Positions 42,470-54,745 of a DNA stretch of 64,000 nt are shown here, piece by piece (position 1 is the first letter of the stretch; each line of letters opens with the position of its first letter). This DNA is from Camelus ferus (taxonomy: Eukaryota): the NCBI RefSeq assembly GCF_009834535.1, contig NC_045696.1, positions 59,584,001-59,648,000 on the forward strand. Direction: 5' to 3'. Under the pieces are notes generated by a model that made no database searches, was not told where the DNA came from, and saw only the letters and a list, made by a program, of their open reading frames with translations. Both the position numbers and the translations under genes were made by a program.

Positions 42470-42890
42470 CTTCCCCAGTTGATGTATAAATTCAACACAT
42501 CCCAGTCACATCCCAGCAAGCTTCTTTTTTATTTTAGAAATTGATGTGCTGATTCTAAGATTTACATGGAAAAGCAAAGAACCTAGAATGACCAAAATAA
42601 TCTTGAAAAGGAAGAACAAAGTTGGAGGAATTACACTACTTGATTTTAAGACTTATTCTAAAGCCGCGGTGATCAAGACAGAATGGTATTTGTGTAAGAA
42701 TAGACACAGTGGAACAGGATAGAGGTTCCAGAAGTAGATCCACATATATATAGTCAGTTGATTTTTGACAAAGCAATCCAATAAGTGAAGTCGTTTCAAC
42801 AAGTGGTGCTAAAGAAGTGAATATCCATATGAAAAAAAATGAGGCTCAATCCCTGCCTAACATCACATGTGGATTTTAATTTGAGATAGT
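42470..42890 (+). mobile_element. L1M ORF2 internal fragment
   Basis: ctgattctaagatttacatggaaa...aagaacaaagttggagga...gatcaagacagaatggtat...ttgatttttgacaaag. Confidence 0.9.
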
Positions 42891-42933
42891 TGAAGATGCT
42901 GAAGGGGACAAGGCACTAGATTAAGAGTCAGGA

Positions 42934-43081
42934 GGGGGAGGCTATAACACAGTGATAGAGCACGTGCTTAGCATGCACGGGGTCCTGGGTTTGATCACCA
43001 GTACCTCTGTTAAGAAATACATAAATAAACCTAATTAGTTAGCACCCCCTGAAAAAAAAAGTAAAACAAAAATTTTTTTTT
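42934..43081 (+). mobile_element. Camelid Vic-1-type tRNA-derived SINE inserted into an older MIR
   Basis: gggggaggctataacacagtgatagagcacgtgcttagcatgcacggggtcctgggtttgatcaccagtacctc (decayed A/B boxes), then aaataaacctaatta and an A-rich tail. Imperfect target duplication aagagtcagga / aaaagtcaaga. Confidence 0.8.
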
Positions 43082-43929
43082 GAAAAGTCAAGAAATTTGA
43101 CCTTGAACTGACCTTGCCAAAGGTCACTTTATCCCTCTAGATTTTTTATTCTTCACCTATTAAATTAGAGGACTAACACTGGATAATTTTTCCATTTCTT
43201 CTAGCTCCCAAACTGATTGGTTTTAAGTCCGATACTATCATGGGACAGATGTTAAGTACTCATTTTCTTAAAGTTTTTGTGTGTACATAATCTGTTTTTT
43301 CTGAAGATATCAGCCTCCTGCGTGTTTTCATGCCTTGCCACAAGAGCAGTGTGCGGTGCTAAAGAAACCAGCTAGAGTTCAGGGACAAGCCTTCTCACGA
43401 CATAGGAAGCATGTTGGCTATGAGGGTGTTCTTCTTGGGACATCTTGCAGCTTATTTTTCAGCTCAGTTCATAACTCAGTAAGCATCCTAGCCAATGCCA
43501 CCAAAAGGGATGACTTTCTCAGACAGAGGAGGCCAAGGATAGTTAGAGCTGCTCTCCTCTGCTGTCATGGCCAGGTATGTAATTACAGCCTATTAAAGGA
43601 AGGTATAGAGATTAGTTCCTATTTTCTGCATCCTTCCCTCGACTCTGACCCTAGGCTGCCCTGGGTCTCCTACTGCCACACCTAACCTGACTTACCTTCC
43701 AAGCCTCCATTTGAAATGCTTTTAGCCTTTTGAGTATGTTTAGAGCTGAAAGACTTCTTAACCATCTTTTAGGTTAACCCAAATTTGTTATCCCTCTGAA
43801 GGAAATGTACATTTTGCAACAGCAGGCCTGGAGACATCATTGGCTTACAGCAGTACCTTGAAACACTTTGGCTGGGATATTTTTCTCCAGGGAGGGGAAA
43901 GTTAGCATTCTTTTGTAGCCTTTAAGTCA

Positions 43930-44310
43930 TACAACATAGGCAACTTCCTTCTTTACCTCTGCTTAAAGCTACTTCCTTCAAATACTGATGGTTGAACAAT
44001 CCAAGGGTCTTCTCCAAACCTCCTTTTCCTGTTCTACCTATCATAGAGGTTATAGCAATATCATATATATAAACACTTTGAACCCCCCCCAAATTACTAG
44101 TCTCTCTTCCTTTCTACCTCTGTATCCCATCACTAGGTGATGTCATTAACCCCCATAGCTTCAGCCTTCAACCATCAACTGTCAGAAGATGATTCCAAAA
44201 TCTGTATCTCAGTAGTAATTTGTCTCCCAAGCTCCAGACGCTGGATTCTTACCACCTCTTGGACTTCTCTTAGATGTCTCAGGGGCACTGCGTACCTAAG
44301 TTTACAAATT
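43930..44310 (+). mobile_element. L2 LINE fragment
   Basis: cactaggtgatgtcattaaccccca...cttcaaccatca...gatgattccaaaatctgtatctc...gctccagac...ggacttctcttagatgtctc. Confidence 0.75.
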
Positions 44311-44421
44311 GAATTTCCAATGGAAAAACATCACTTGTGCAAGAACCTCTTGGCTAAAGGTCCTCATAAAATACTTCTTAAATGATTAATTTACTGAGTC
44401 TTTTCCTCTATGATTCATTAG

Positions 44422-44571
44422 GTCTGTAGTGTCCTGGAGAGCTTAGAACAAGAATACCGGAGAGATGAGGACTGGTGCGGTGGACGAGATAAACTGGGGC
44501 CAGCGGCAGAGATCGACCACGTCATTCCACTCATTAGTAAACATCTGGAGCAAAAGGAGGCCTTTCTTAAG
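44422..44571 (+). CDS. KALRN: KALRN exon G (150 nt, phase 0-0): VCSVLESLEQEYRRDEDWCGG...HLEQKEAFLK
   Basis: Absent from the ORF track and translated by hand. Acceptor tgattcattag, donor AAG|GTCAGA. Confidence 0.96.
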
Positions 44572-44644
44572 GTCAGAGCACATTGTCATCCAAGGTCTGG
44601 GATTTTAGCCTTGTTTTTCATCTACTGTCTCCCTCTCTCCCCTC

Positions 44645-44700
44645 TCTTCACCTCCACCACCGCCACCACTACCATCATCACCTCCACATCCTCCTCCTTT
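44645..44700. repeat. (CAC/CAT)n-like low-complexity tract
   Basis: tcacctccaccaccgccaccactaccatcatcacctccacatcc. Confidence 0.85.
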
Positions 44701-46916
44701 CTGACTCTGTCTCTTTCTCTCTCTCTCCCTGCTTCATGTGGGCTTCCCACACCCCTGCTTTTTCTAGCTTATCTAAAAGGAGGCATTTGTAGAACAGATA
44801 TTGGCTGGTTAATTTGAAAGGTTGAAAGGTTACACTTGAAACATTCTTTATTCCTCTCAGCACTTTTTGTATAATTAGGCAATTCAGATGCACCATTTCT
44901 GCTGGTGCTGTGTACAAATATCCTGATATCCCATTGATGTTAAATGAGAAAAATACACAATTTTACTCAGTTATGTTTTGACTATAAAAATATTTCTAAT
45001 TGAAATAAATAAGCCTAGATAGAAAAGTATTAAAATACAACTTTTATAAATGGATGATGCAAAATTTAGGGCAGGAACTGAAGAAATAAATTTAGACATC
45101 TTACTTATCAATCTAGCAGTTATCGGTTACCAGTCAATATAACACTGTTTATTCTACTGGGTAGAGAGAGAAATACCTTATCTTGTTTGTTCTGTTTTTA
45201 AAGGACCCCTGGCTCCCCAGGGAGGAAGCACAGGCCTGCTCTGAACAGCTTTCAGCTGGTGTGGGACGGCCTCCTAAGCCTCTTTCCTCCTGCTTTGATC
45301 TTCTGTCTGACAGAGCCTTCTATGTTAAAATGTATTTAAAGGCTCCATTTACTCTCAGATTCCTTGCTTTCATGTTCTGCGTCCTCTCAGGTTACTGAAA
45401 GTACAAAAGAGAATTTTTGTACCCTGACATGTTGCCACTGATTTTCTACAATTCTGTAATTAACTAACTGCCTTTCTTTTATTAGGGATTTTCTCTACTT
45501 GACCACCTCTTTAAGTTTTATTTTCATTCTTTTTTTTAAGACAGCCTCCCCCTGCCCTTCTGCCATCTCTCTGGTATCTGCACCTGCATTTGATCAGAAC
45601 CCTTAGTAATCAGCTCTTACTCATAAGATTAAATAGAAATTCTTCCATACAGGGCTTAAGATGATTTTAAAAGGCTTCCCTATTATAAAACAAAGTTTAA
45701 AATCAAAACAATTTAAGTAGAGCATATCAAAGATTTTCAATAGAGGTATAAAGGTATTTCTTCTTAAAATTAAATATTTTTTGAAAGAAGGGGGAAAGAA
45801 AATGTTCTGGTCTGGTGTTTTCTGTATGTACCTTAAACCATAGCTGAGAAACTCCCTACTGTGGGAATGACGTGCCCAGTGGACAGAAGATCATCTCCAT
45901 TTGTATACATTAGTTCCTCTATTTTGGATTCCTTAGCTTTGGACCACTTTCCAGCTGTTAAATTCTCTTCAGAGTGGATGGACCCACCAGCAGTCTTTTA
46001 CTAGAGCATCCGGAAGCCATTATTGCTAATGCAACATTGAAAAGAATTTTTTACCATATAATTTGTATTATCAGATGCTAAGTGTAAAAAGGTTTAAAAT
46101 TTAACAGTTTTCTTTAGAGATAATTCAGTTCTGAAAACTGTGGGTTAAAAATTAATGGACTAGCACGTATTACTTCTCCAATGGAGAAAAATTCTGCTTT
46201 TTAAAGAAATTCAGAAAAATGTATGGTCTTGAGGAAAAACTAGAAGTACTTTGTCAGTGGATCTAGGTTCTAGCCCTGACTTGCTTCGTGACTCCTGCCT
46301 TTGCTGGGCCTCGGCCTCCTCCCTGGGTCCAAGAACAAGGGACAGACCTACCCTTTTTGCCACCCGCTGCTGTTGTGAGTCTTAAGCGGTGGTCCAAGGG
46401 CTCTTACTCCTTTCCATGATAGATATTTCCCAGCAATAGGATGTTTATTAGCGTTTTGATGGACAGATAAGTTTTTAAAATGTGGATACCTTCCATTTAG
46501 ATTTGGGACATATGGTTAACAGGTTTGTTTACTAAATTTGCTTTAAGTCTAAATTAAGCTAATGTTGAAGTGGCTTCCACCAGTGTTCATACATGAGACA
46601 TTGTGGTGGCCGAGGGAAGCCAGCCTGAGAGTGAACGTTAGTCAGACTGAATCAGCACGCAGTAGTCAAGGGGGCGCTGATCTGATTTTTGTCTGTGATG
46701 GAAAGGGGAGAGGCACAGGGCAAAGTTCTTCTTTACTCAGTACGAGAGTGAGTGAGCGTCCTGCATTGGAACTGGTCCGTGAACCAGAAGTGGGCCCCGG
46801 GCTCACCCACAGCTCCTGAAGCCTCATCACAGGCACCCCTTCTCCAGGGTCTTAGATCATATGCACCTGCTGGGCTGGGACTTAACGTGTGGCGCTTCAC
46901 ACCCTGTCTCTGTCAG

Positions 46917-47031
46917 GCCTGCACCCTGGCGCGGCGGAACGCTGAGGTGTTTCTCAAGTACATCCACAGGAACAACGTCAGCATGCCCAGCGCCGCCAGC
47001 CACACCAGAGGACCTGAGCAGCAAGTGAAAG
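46917..47031 (+). CDS. KALRN: KALRN exon H (115 nt, phase 0-1): ACTLARRNAEVFLKYIHRNNVSMPSAASHTRGPEQQVK
   Basis: Acceptor ctgtctctgtcag, donor AAG|GTCAGT. Confidence 0.96.
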
Positions 47032-47269
47032 GTCAGTCTGAGCCCCGCTGGCCTCGAGCCGCGTCGGCCGCCCAGACCAGCGGCTGTGTACCTGGTCTCC
47101 ACGCCACCTCAGATTTCCCGGTCCTTCTGCCTGGAGAAGAGAAAGTGTGGTGTGGGATGTATGGGCAGTGGCGAGTCATGGGCAACTTTTTAACATGCAT
47201 CAAGATTTGGAATGGAAACATGACGATAAAAATTTCCCCAAAGCTTTTCCATTTATCTTAGCATCTAGA

Positions 47270-47445
47270 GCAGCGCTAACAGAATTAATAGGACAAATAT
47301 TAATAGAATAAATGGTCTACACAGCTTTACATGCCAGTATCATAGCCACTAGTCACATGTGGCTGTTGAGCATTTGGGATGTGCCTAGTGCAACTAAGGG
47401 ACTATGACATAATAGCCAAATGTGGCTGACACTGAATAGCACAAG
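47270..47445. mobile_element. MER3/MER33-like hAT MITE
   Basis: tagccactagtcacatgtggctgttgagcattt...aatagccaaatgtggct. Confidence 0.75.
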
Positions 47446-47667
47446 ACTGAGGTATCTCACAGCCTGGGAATAAGGCAGGGACTGAGAATCATAAAACCAC
47501 ATTCTAATCCTGGGTTTATTACCTTCTGCCTAAGTTTTTAAAACTTCAGTTTTCTTTTTTAATTATTCTTAAATAATGAATTTATTTTTCACTATAACTT
47601 AATAACAGTTGCAAAATAGAGGGAAAGGTTTTCTTATTTAAAAATGAAAGACGATGTCTAGACTCTT

Positions 47668-47845
47668 GATGCTCAAAATGTGGTCCCCAGACCAGCAGCA
47701 CTGGCATCACTTGGGAGCTTGCAAGAAACATAATCTCAGGCCCCACTTAAACCTACTGAATCAGAACCTGCATTTTGGCAGGAACTACCCCATCCAACCC
47801 CAACCAGGTGATTTTTGTGCACATAAAATTTAATTAAGTGCTGGC
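47668..47845. mobile_element. MER5A-like hAT MITE
   Basis: ctcaaaatgtggtccccagaccagcagcactggcatcacttgggagcttg...acctactgaatcagaa...ccaggtgatt. Confidence 0.85.
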
Positions 47846-48772
47846 CTAGATAATCTCTAATATCTCTCTGAAGTCTATAAAGTCTATAATTGTATGGGGA
47901 AAAAGTCAGTAACCTTTAAAATTGCTCATTAGCTGACCACGTTAAGCTTAAATTATTATTGGTGGACTCACATACTCGAGACCTTGCAGAAATTAGCCTT
48001 TGAGTGGGTGAAGAATTTAACAAATGTCATCTTGACACAGCAGAGAAATGCAACCCCGGAGACAGAGGCTAGGGAGGGAAGTGACACTGACTTGGAGTGA
48101 GGAGTTCGGACAGTCTTGGAGAGCTGCGAGTGGACAATGGGAGGCTCTGATCTTGTTTAGGAAGGGCCTCTCTCCTGCTCAGAGAGCCCAGGAGGTGGGA
48201 AGATCAGAGGCCACTGGGAAGAATTAAACTTAGGAATCAAAGTTCCTTGCATAGGAGAGGGAAGCAGAATTCCTTTTCCAGATGTGCTGCCTTATTTATG
48301 GCTAAGAGGCTGGTATTATGTCACCTTCCCCTTCCTACATATTTTCAAAGCGTATGTTCTGATGTCCAAATGCAGGTGGCAGCTTGGGTGAGGCCAGCTG
48401 CCTGCTGAGAGTGCACGCCCCAGCTCCTCCCTGGTGTGCCAAGAGAGGTGACCACCCAGAGAGAGCAGGGTGTGCTACAGCTTCGTGGGGCCTGGACAGG
48501 GTTTACCCACAGGAAGCCTTTCAAGAAGGGGCAAAAGTAAAACCTGAGACTCATTAGGATTTTCACCTGAGCTGGGTTGATTCAGCCACCATAGAGGGAC
48601 CTCAATAAACAAAGCTTGGACTAGGAGGAAAAAAGACTAGAGGAAACATAGGTTCCCACTGTCTGTGCCCAGTTGAAGCCTCCACCTGAGCAGGGACCTA
48701 TAATCTCTCCTATATCCCTTTCCTTTTGCCTGTTGCCTGGGCCCAAAACCAATGCCACTTATTTTAAGTTTT

Positions 48773-49235
48773 TGTTACACGGGCAATTATTGCTATATAA
48801 CGACCACAAAAATTCAGAGGCCAACAACTGTAAGCATTTGTTGTTCAGGTGACTGTGCATTGGCTGGGGACCAGCAGTCTTGGCTGGGCTTAGCAAATGT
48901 GGTTCTGCTTGAGGCTACAGGTATGGCTGGCTTGGCTCCTTCACTGCAGGTTGGGTTCTTGTCTGCTCTGTGGAATTAATTCTGGGACCTTGCTTGAAGG
49001 GACAGCAGTTACCCAGGAGAACTTCTTATAGTGGTGATGGCAGAAGTACAAAGGGCAAGGTCACAAGCACAAGCACACTTCAAACCCCACCTGGGTCCTA
49101 TCTATTAACAACCCGTGTGACAGAGCAAGTCACATGATGGGGTCCAAGGTCAGGGGTTAATGAGTACCCTTTGTCCCTTTGGGGAGAAATTAAAAAGTTA
49201 CATGATAAGGGTGAATAATTGGGACCCATAAAAGC
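48773..49235 (-). mobile_element. MaLR solo LTR (MLT1H-like)
   Basis: attgctatataacgaccacaaaattcag...gatggcagaagtacaa...gcaagtcacatg...gggtgaataattgggacc. Confidence 0.75.
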
Positions 49236-49409
49236 TCTCAGCCTAAGAGAGGAGAGACAGATTCTATCCTTAGAGAGTCAGACTTCCATGGGGCATGAAA
49301 GGTACACAAAATCAACAAAAAACTTCTAAGTACAAGCACTGCAGTTTGGGTTGGGTCCTATTCATAGAGCACAGTAACTTGTGCTTTCGAGCTCCGGTGA
49401 CCTAGGAGA

Positions 49410-49625
49410 CCAAAGTGGCTAAGAACTCGGGCTCTGAAGTCAAGCAGCTCCACCCTTTTCTGTCTGAATGACCCTGGGCAAGGTAACCATCTTCTCTAAG
49501 CCTCAGTTTCTTCGTCTGTAAAATGGAGATAACAGTAGTACATGCATCATGAGGTGCTGTGAAAATATGCACCTGCCACATAGTGAGCACTTAATAGACA
49601 TTATTTTTCATAGCATCATTATTGT
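49410..49625 (+). mobile_element. MIR SINE
   Basis: gtggctaagaactcgggctctgaagtca...gcctcagtttcttcgtctgtaaaatggagataac...cacatagtgagcacttaata. Confidence 0.85.
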
Positions 49626-50533
49626 GTATTTTATTAGTATATAATGCACTTAACAGGAAGCAGAAGAAGACAAACAATACAAAGTAAATTTGATTGCTTC
49701 AAGCTTCGAACATACTGTTAAACCCTTAGGAAATCTGTCCATGCAGCTCCTAGAACAACAGGAGAAGTAGTGGGGATGATGACGCGCATAGCGCCTCCCA
49801 TGGCCCACCGTGGGGCTACCGGCCGACATGCACATCCTCACACTCACTGTCATTAGAGGTAACATGAGGGACAGATTTTAGCTTGTTTTATGATCAGTTC
49901 TAAAACAACATGGAAATTTGGGCCTAGAGACATGACTCCGTGGTGACATGATTCTAACACAGCTTCCCTCTGCCCACAATTCGGAAGTGTTAAGATTGAG
50001 GTTCTGATGTTAGAGTGCTGAGCGCACTGGCCTCTCGTACAGGGCAGAGAGTGTGGTCTGTGATGTGGGTCATCCATGCAGTCATCCCAGTCCTCAGCCC
50101 TCTGCTCCCTCCCTCCCTCTCTGAGAACCCCTCAGGAATGCCTGGGATCCCTGTCAGGTCCTTTCGCTCTCCGAGGCTACAGTTGAATTAGTTATTATTT
50201 TGGGAACCTACACTTCCCGAGGTCTCTTACCATCAAGGACTAGCTTTGGTGTGAAGAGAATCAGGGTCACTTTTAAGTCACCCTGGGGACATCCTCTTCC
50301 CCCTTTATTGATGGAACCTCATCACCAGGTCCTCTTCCCAGACCTCCTGATCGTCTCTCCCCTGGGAAATTCTCTCTGGACTGAGCGATTGCTCCCTTGC
50401 TTCTGGTGCCTGGATTAGTCCTGTGGGGAGGCTTGAAGGTCACAGTTATCTGGCACCTGGGATGTGGGGCTGAAGCGGTTGGTCAGATTTGTTCAGGGCC
50501 TTCCTGTGACCAGTGCCCGTCTCTGCCCTGCAG

Positions 50534-50649
50534 CCATCTTGAGTGAGCTCTTACAGAGGGAGAATCGTGTCCTGCACTTCTGGACCTTGAAGAAGCGGCG
50601 GTTAGACCAGTGCCAGCAATACGTGGTGTTTGAGAGAAGCGCTAAGCAG
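50534..50649 (+). CDS. KALRN: KALRN exon I (116 nt, phase 1-0): (A)ILSELLQRENRVLHFW...VVFERSAKQ
   Basis: Acceptor ctctgccctgcag, donor CAG|GTATGT. Confidence 0.96.
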
Positions 50650-51151
50650 GTATGTTCAGAGCTTTCCCTACTTCGCCTCAGTTCTGGGGGCCATGCAGAG
50701 GCCCAGGTGACCAAGACTGGGGCAGTCCAGAAGAGGGTCAGAGCAGAGGCGGAGTAGAGATGGGAGGTGGGGATGAGGAGAGGGAAAAACAGGCTGTCAC
50801 TGACCAGGCATTCAGCCTTCACCAAGCACTCTCTTCAGAGTTTGGTACCAGGAGTTGGGAGAAGATGCTGGGGGCAGATTGTTACTAACTCATGGGTGAT
50901 ACTGGGCCTGGCCTCGAAGATTCCCCATTAATGAACAAGACACTCTCTTTGCTGGTGGGATGTTCCAGGTCTAACAAGGGAGGGCTCATTCATAACATCA
51001 ACTTCCAGACTAAGTACTGATGGAATCATGCCAGCATTTCCCAGATCCATCATGTTGTCCCAAATCACAAACCTTCACATCAGACCATTAGCATGTTTTC
51101 CTGCTAACAGCTGGCTTTCAGGGGCACTGAGTGGATTGTTTCCTCCCACAG

Positions 51152-51274
51152 GCGCTAGACTGGATCCAAGAAACAGGTGAATATTACCTCTCAACACATA
51201 CCTCCACCGGAGAGACCACAGAGGAAACTCAGGAACTGCTGAAAGAATATGGGGAATTCAGGGTGCCTGCCAAG
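51152..51274 (+). CDS. KALRN: KALRN exon J (123 nt, phase 0-0): ALDWIQETGEYYLSTHTSTG...EFRVPAK
   Basis: Acceptor tttcctcccacag, donor AAG|GTAGGA. Confidence 0.96.
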
Positions 51275-52679
51275 GTAGGAAGCATCCCAGAGCCTTCCCC
51301 ACATCCACACAGCACTGCCCGGGCTGGTCAGTCTCACATTGTGGAAGGGAGAACAGCCTCTATATGCAGAAGGGCTTGACCACAGAGGCATGGGGGGAAG
51401 CACAGGTAGGATCATCTCCTTGGAAACCTCAACATCCAAAGAGCTGCAGCTGCTGGGCAGAGGCTCTGCAGGCAGGAAATCAGCTCCTGCATGCTGTGCT
51501 TCCAAACAGTGCTCATCTTCGTGCTTCACACTCTGGAATCTGCTGTGTTCTCTCAGACCAAATATGGCGAGGGAACGCATTTGTGTGAAATGCACATTGC
51601 TTGTGGGAAGATCTGCACCCAGCCGTGGATTCTTGGCATTTGAATGGCTTAGGACGTCCACCTTACGGGAAGGGCCAGTGGCCATGGGTGGGTTCACAAG
51701 GCAGGTGAGTTTAGTTCTGGAGCTGATGACTTCCATCTGGCCTCAGCCCTGCAGATGAGCCAGGCTGGGGTCTCTGGGGAGCAAAACACGCACTGGTGCA
51801 CATACCACACACCCTCATGCCCCTGTTCACACTGAGGGGGACAATGCTGTCATGGGAGGAAATCTCCTTTTCATCTGTTCTCACAGCCAGGATTTGATCT
51901 GAGGATGCTTGGATTTGAATGAAATCTGATCTGTCTCAGTTCCCTCTTTGTAGCATCCTTGTCCCTCATGCTGGGCTCCCAGCCACAGAGGACCTTTCTT
52001 GGCATCACTGCCACGCATGACAGATGCTCTTCCCAGGGGGAGATCTGCTTTTGTGGGAATACCTGTCTTACCCAGAGATCCTCAGACACTACAGCAATAG
52101 TCCCTCTAGTTTGCTGCAACAAAATTAGGCCTTTAGCCTCATTCCAGAGCTAGTATTTCAGAAGTGCTTATCCACTTTGTGACTCCTACACTGTGAAGTT
52201 CTGGTAGTGGGGAACCTTCCCTGCATGCTCGCGAGCTTTTGGACCTCTTCACGCAATGTGAGAAGCTGTCAGTGCAGATAAGAGACCCATCTCACTACCA
52301 GCTAGAGCAAACAGCACTAGGAAGGTGGCAGATGCACAGAACCCTTTCCAAATCCAAGTGAAAATGGTTTTGAATCACCCACTTTGCATCTCTCTTTCCC
52401 TCTCCAATTAATGTCAACAATGACCCATGCATAGGCTGAATGGAATCAGGCCCACTGGTGTTCCTACTCACAAAGGATGGATCACAGCAGATACCCAGAG
52501 CTTCCTAGGATCAGACTCTGCCCTAACCAAAGAGGAAATGTGGAGAATCATTTAGTCAGTTTAACTTATCCTTCCTTTGCAATTCATCCATCCTCTTCCT
52601 GTCTTTCTCTTTTCTACTCACATTCTTACCACCATAATTGGGTTCCATGCTTTTCCCTTTCCTTCCTTCCAATCCTTCC

Positions 52680-53165
52680 TGCCCTTCACTGGTGTTCATC
52701 TTTAAGACACTCCTTTGGGCTATGACCACCTAGCTCAAGAACTTTAATGATTCTCCGGTGCCTTCAGGCTGACACTCAACAACTTCTACAACTGTGCCAC
52801 CTTCCTGCCCCAGCTGTGTCTTCAGTTATTTGTTTGTGCAAATTTTATGCCCTCTGAGGGATCCAACATTTCCTTTCTTGTCTCTGTACCATTTCTTTTT
52901 CTCTGCCTAGAATACCCATCCCTTCCCTCTAGTTTTTACCTTTTAAAAAGATCCCACCTTTCTACCTCAGTGGCTCCTCCTGTGTGATCCTGCATACCTG
53001 CCAGGGTACCATCTGGCCTGGCTCTGTGCTGCAGCTGTGGTCGGTATAACCCTCAAGGCACCAGGCATGGACTGTCCTGTTCTCCCAGTGATCTCTGTGC
53101 AGTGTTGTCCCACAAGGACAAGAACTATGCTTTATTCACTTACCTAACAGTATCTTTTGCATTGA
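52680..53165 (+). mobile_element. L2 LINE 3' portion
   Basis: gctcaagaactttaatgattctcc...ctctgcctagaatac...ctatgctttattcac. Confidence 0.5.
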
Positions 53166-53709
53166 AGGGAGATTACAGATATTTGGGAACATAGGGGAAA
53201 TAAGTTGTGGTAGGTTTCAACAACACTTCCTCCCCAAATCTCTTCTTAGTATGATTCTTTTCCTTTGGCTCTCTGTCTGTTCTCTCTCCCTCTTAACTAT
53301 TTCCGTTAATGGGATGTCTGTCATCCTCCCAGCTATCATTTCCAAGTCTCAAGGCTATTTGTTATGAGAATATCTACAAGATAACAAACCCAGCTGGAGA
53401 GTTTCTGATGAAAAGCAATAACCTCGTGCCCCACCCAGTCCCACTTCCTCGAAGCAAATCTTTCTTAGCCAGCCATCTTTGGTTTTAGTCTTATGACCAA
53501 TAAAGTGAATTTGAAATGAAAACCAAATTGACCTTAAACCATAAGACAGTAAGTATGGTGGACCTTATGAATGAGCAAGGCAATAAAGTATACTGAGTAT
53601 ATTAAAGTATTATACTCTGCTCCAAAGAAGTAGATCAAGTAGAAGAAACACTGAATATAAAAAGGTACTTTCTATATAGCAATGCACAAATGTAAGAATA
53701 AAAATGATA

Positions 53710-53958
53710 ATACCTGAGGGTGGAATGGTTGGGTCATGTGCTGACTCTGTATTAACTTTCTGAGGAAATGCCAAACGGGTTTCCCAAGGTGTGTACCCCA
53801 TTTTACATTCCCCCTGCAGTGTATCAGAGTTCTGACTTCTCCACATCCTCTCCAGCGCGGGCTATCAGCTGTCTTTTTATATAGCCATGCTAGAGGGTGT
53901 TAAGTCGTATCTCACCGTGGTTTTTATTTACATTTCTCAGTGAGAGATGATGTTGAGA
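53710..53958 (-). mobile_element. L1M ORF2 3' fragment
   Basis: ctgaggaaatgccaaac...ccattttacattcccc...ctccacatcctc...gtatctcaccgtggttttt...gatgatgttgag. Confidence 0.9.
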
Positions 53959-54099
53959 AAACACTTTTTTAAACTGATTATTTTCTCTCTGAAATTGAAA
54001 GAAGCTCTGATATAAATGGACTAAATACTTCTTAACAAAAGAGAATTAGGTGGTAATGAAAGTGACTGGAGCCTTAGCTGAACTAAATTATGTCTTGGA

Positions 54100-54745
54100 A
54101 TTCAGATAGCCAGCAAAAGGGAACCCTGGGCTTGTCAGAGACACACTTTCTATGAGAAAAGTAGAGTCTAAGCAGTTCAGATAAAAGATGGACGTGTTTC
54201 TGTTTCTGTAGCTCCTGTGTGGTGGACATTTTTGAAAAGTTTACTTTTTCATGCTTGTATATTGACAAACTCTCTCCTGTGTGGAATGTATATGAAGATA
54301 CATCTCAAGAAACTGTTCACTCACACAGGGAGCTCAATAAGTTATACCTAAAAAGAATGTGTCAGTACATACAAGGGTCATATCGGCAATGCAAGGCCAA
54401 TTGGAAGATTATAATGAGATTATAAGAATAATATCAAAAAGGCTAAATTTTAAAGACTTAATGAGATATCCTGAAGACACCAGAAGGGCTTTTTACAAAT
54501 TGCATTCAGAGTAAGGTTCTCTGATTAGGGGAAGATGGTGTCATATTTACTGATTGAAGGAAGGAGGAGAAAGAAAAAGAAAAACAGAACTACTGAACTC
54601 GTATTTATCACCTCTGTCTTTCCCAGCAGATACCATAGAATTCAAAATGAAAGGGCAAAATACACATTAGGGGACACAAGAAGCCCAAGATAAGTGAGAT
54701 GTCAGCTCCAAATTTCCAGGCCCAAATGAATTATACCCTCCCTTT
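54100..54745 (+). mobile_element. CR1/L3 ORF2 fragment
   Basis: aagggctttttacaaattgcatt (KGFY..I), acagaactactgaactcgtattt (ELLNSYF), ccaggcccaaatgaattataccc (PGP.EL.P). Confidence 0.65.

Noticed and set aside
42934..43010. tRNA-like sequence
   Set aside because: The A/B boxes are decayed, and the SINE tail and flanking duplication mark it as a SINE head rather than a tRNA gene.
44583..44817. His-rich and Thr-rich ORFs
   Set aside because: They are translations of the (CAC)n low-complexity tract.
46660..46680. CTCF-like aagggggcgctg (a similar partial match is at 8433-8447)
   Set aside because: It lacks the conserved CCA 5' half of the core.
51191..51736. Longest ORF in the track (181 aa, minus strand)
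   Set aside because: It is antisense to exon J in GC-rich intron sequence, has no recognisable domain and has no promoter or splice support. A chance ORF.
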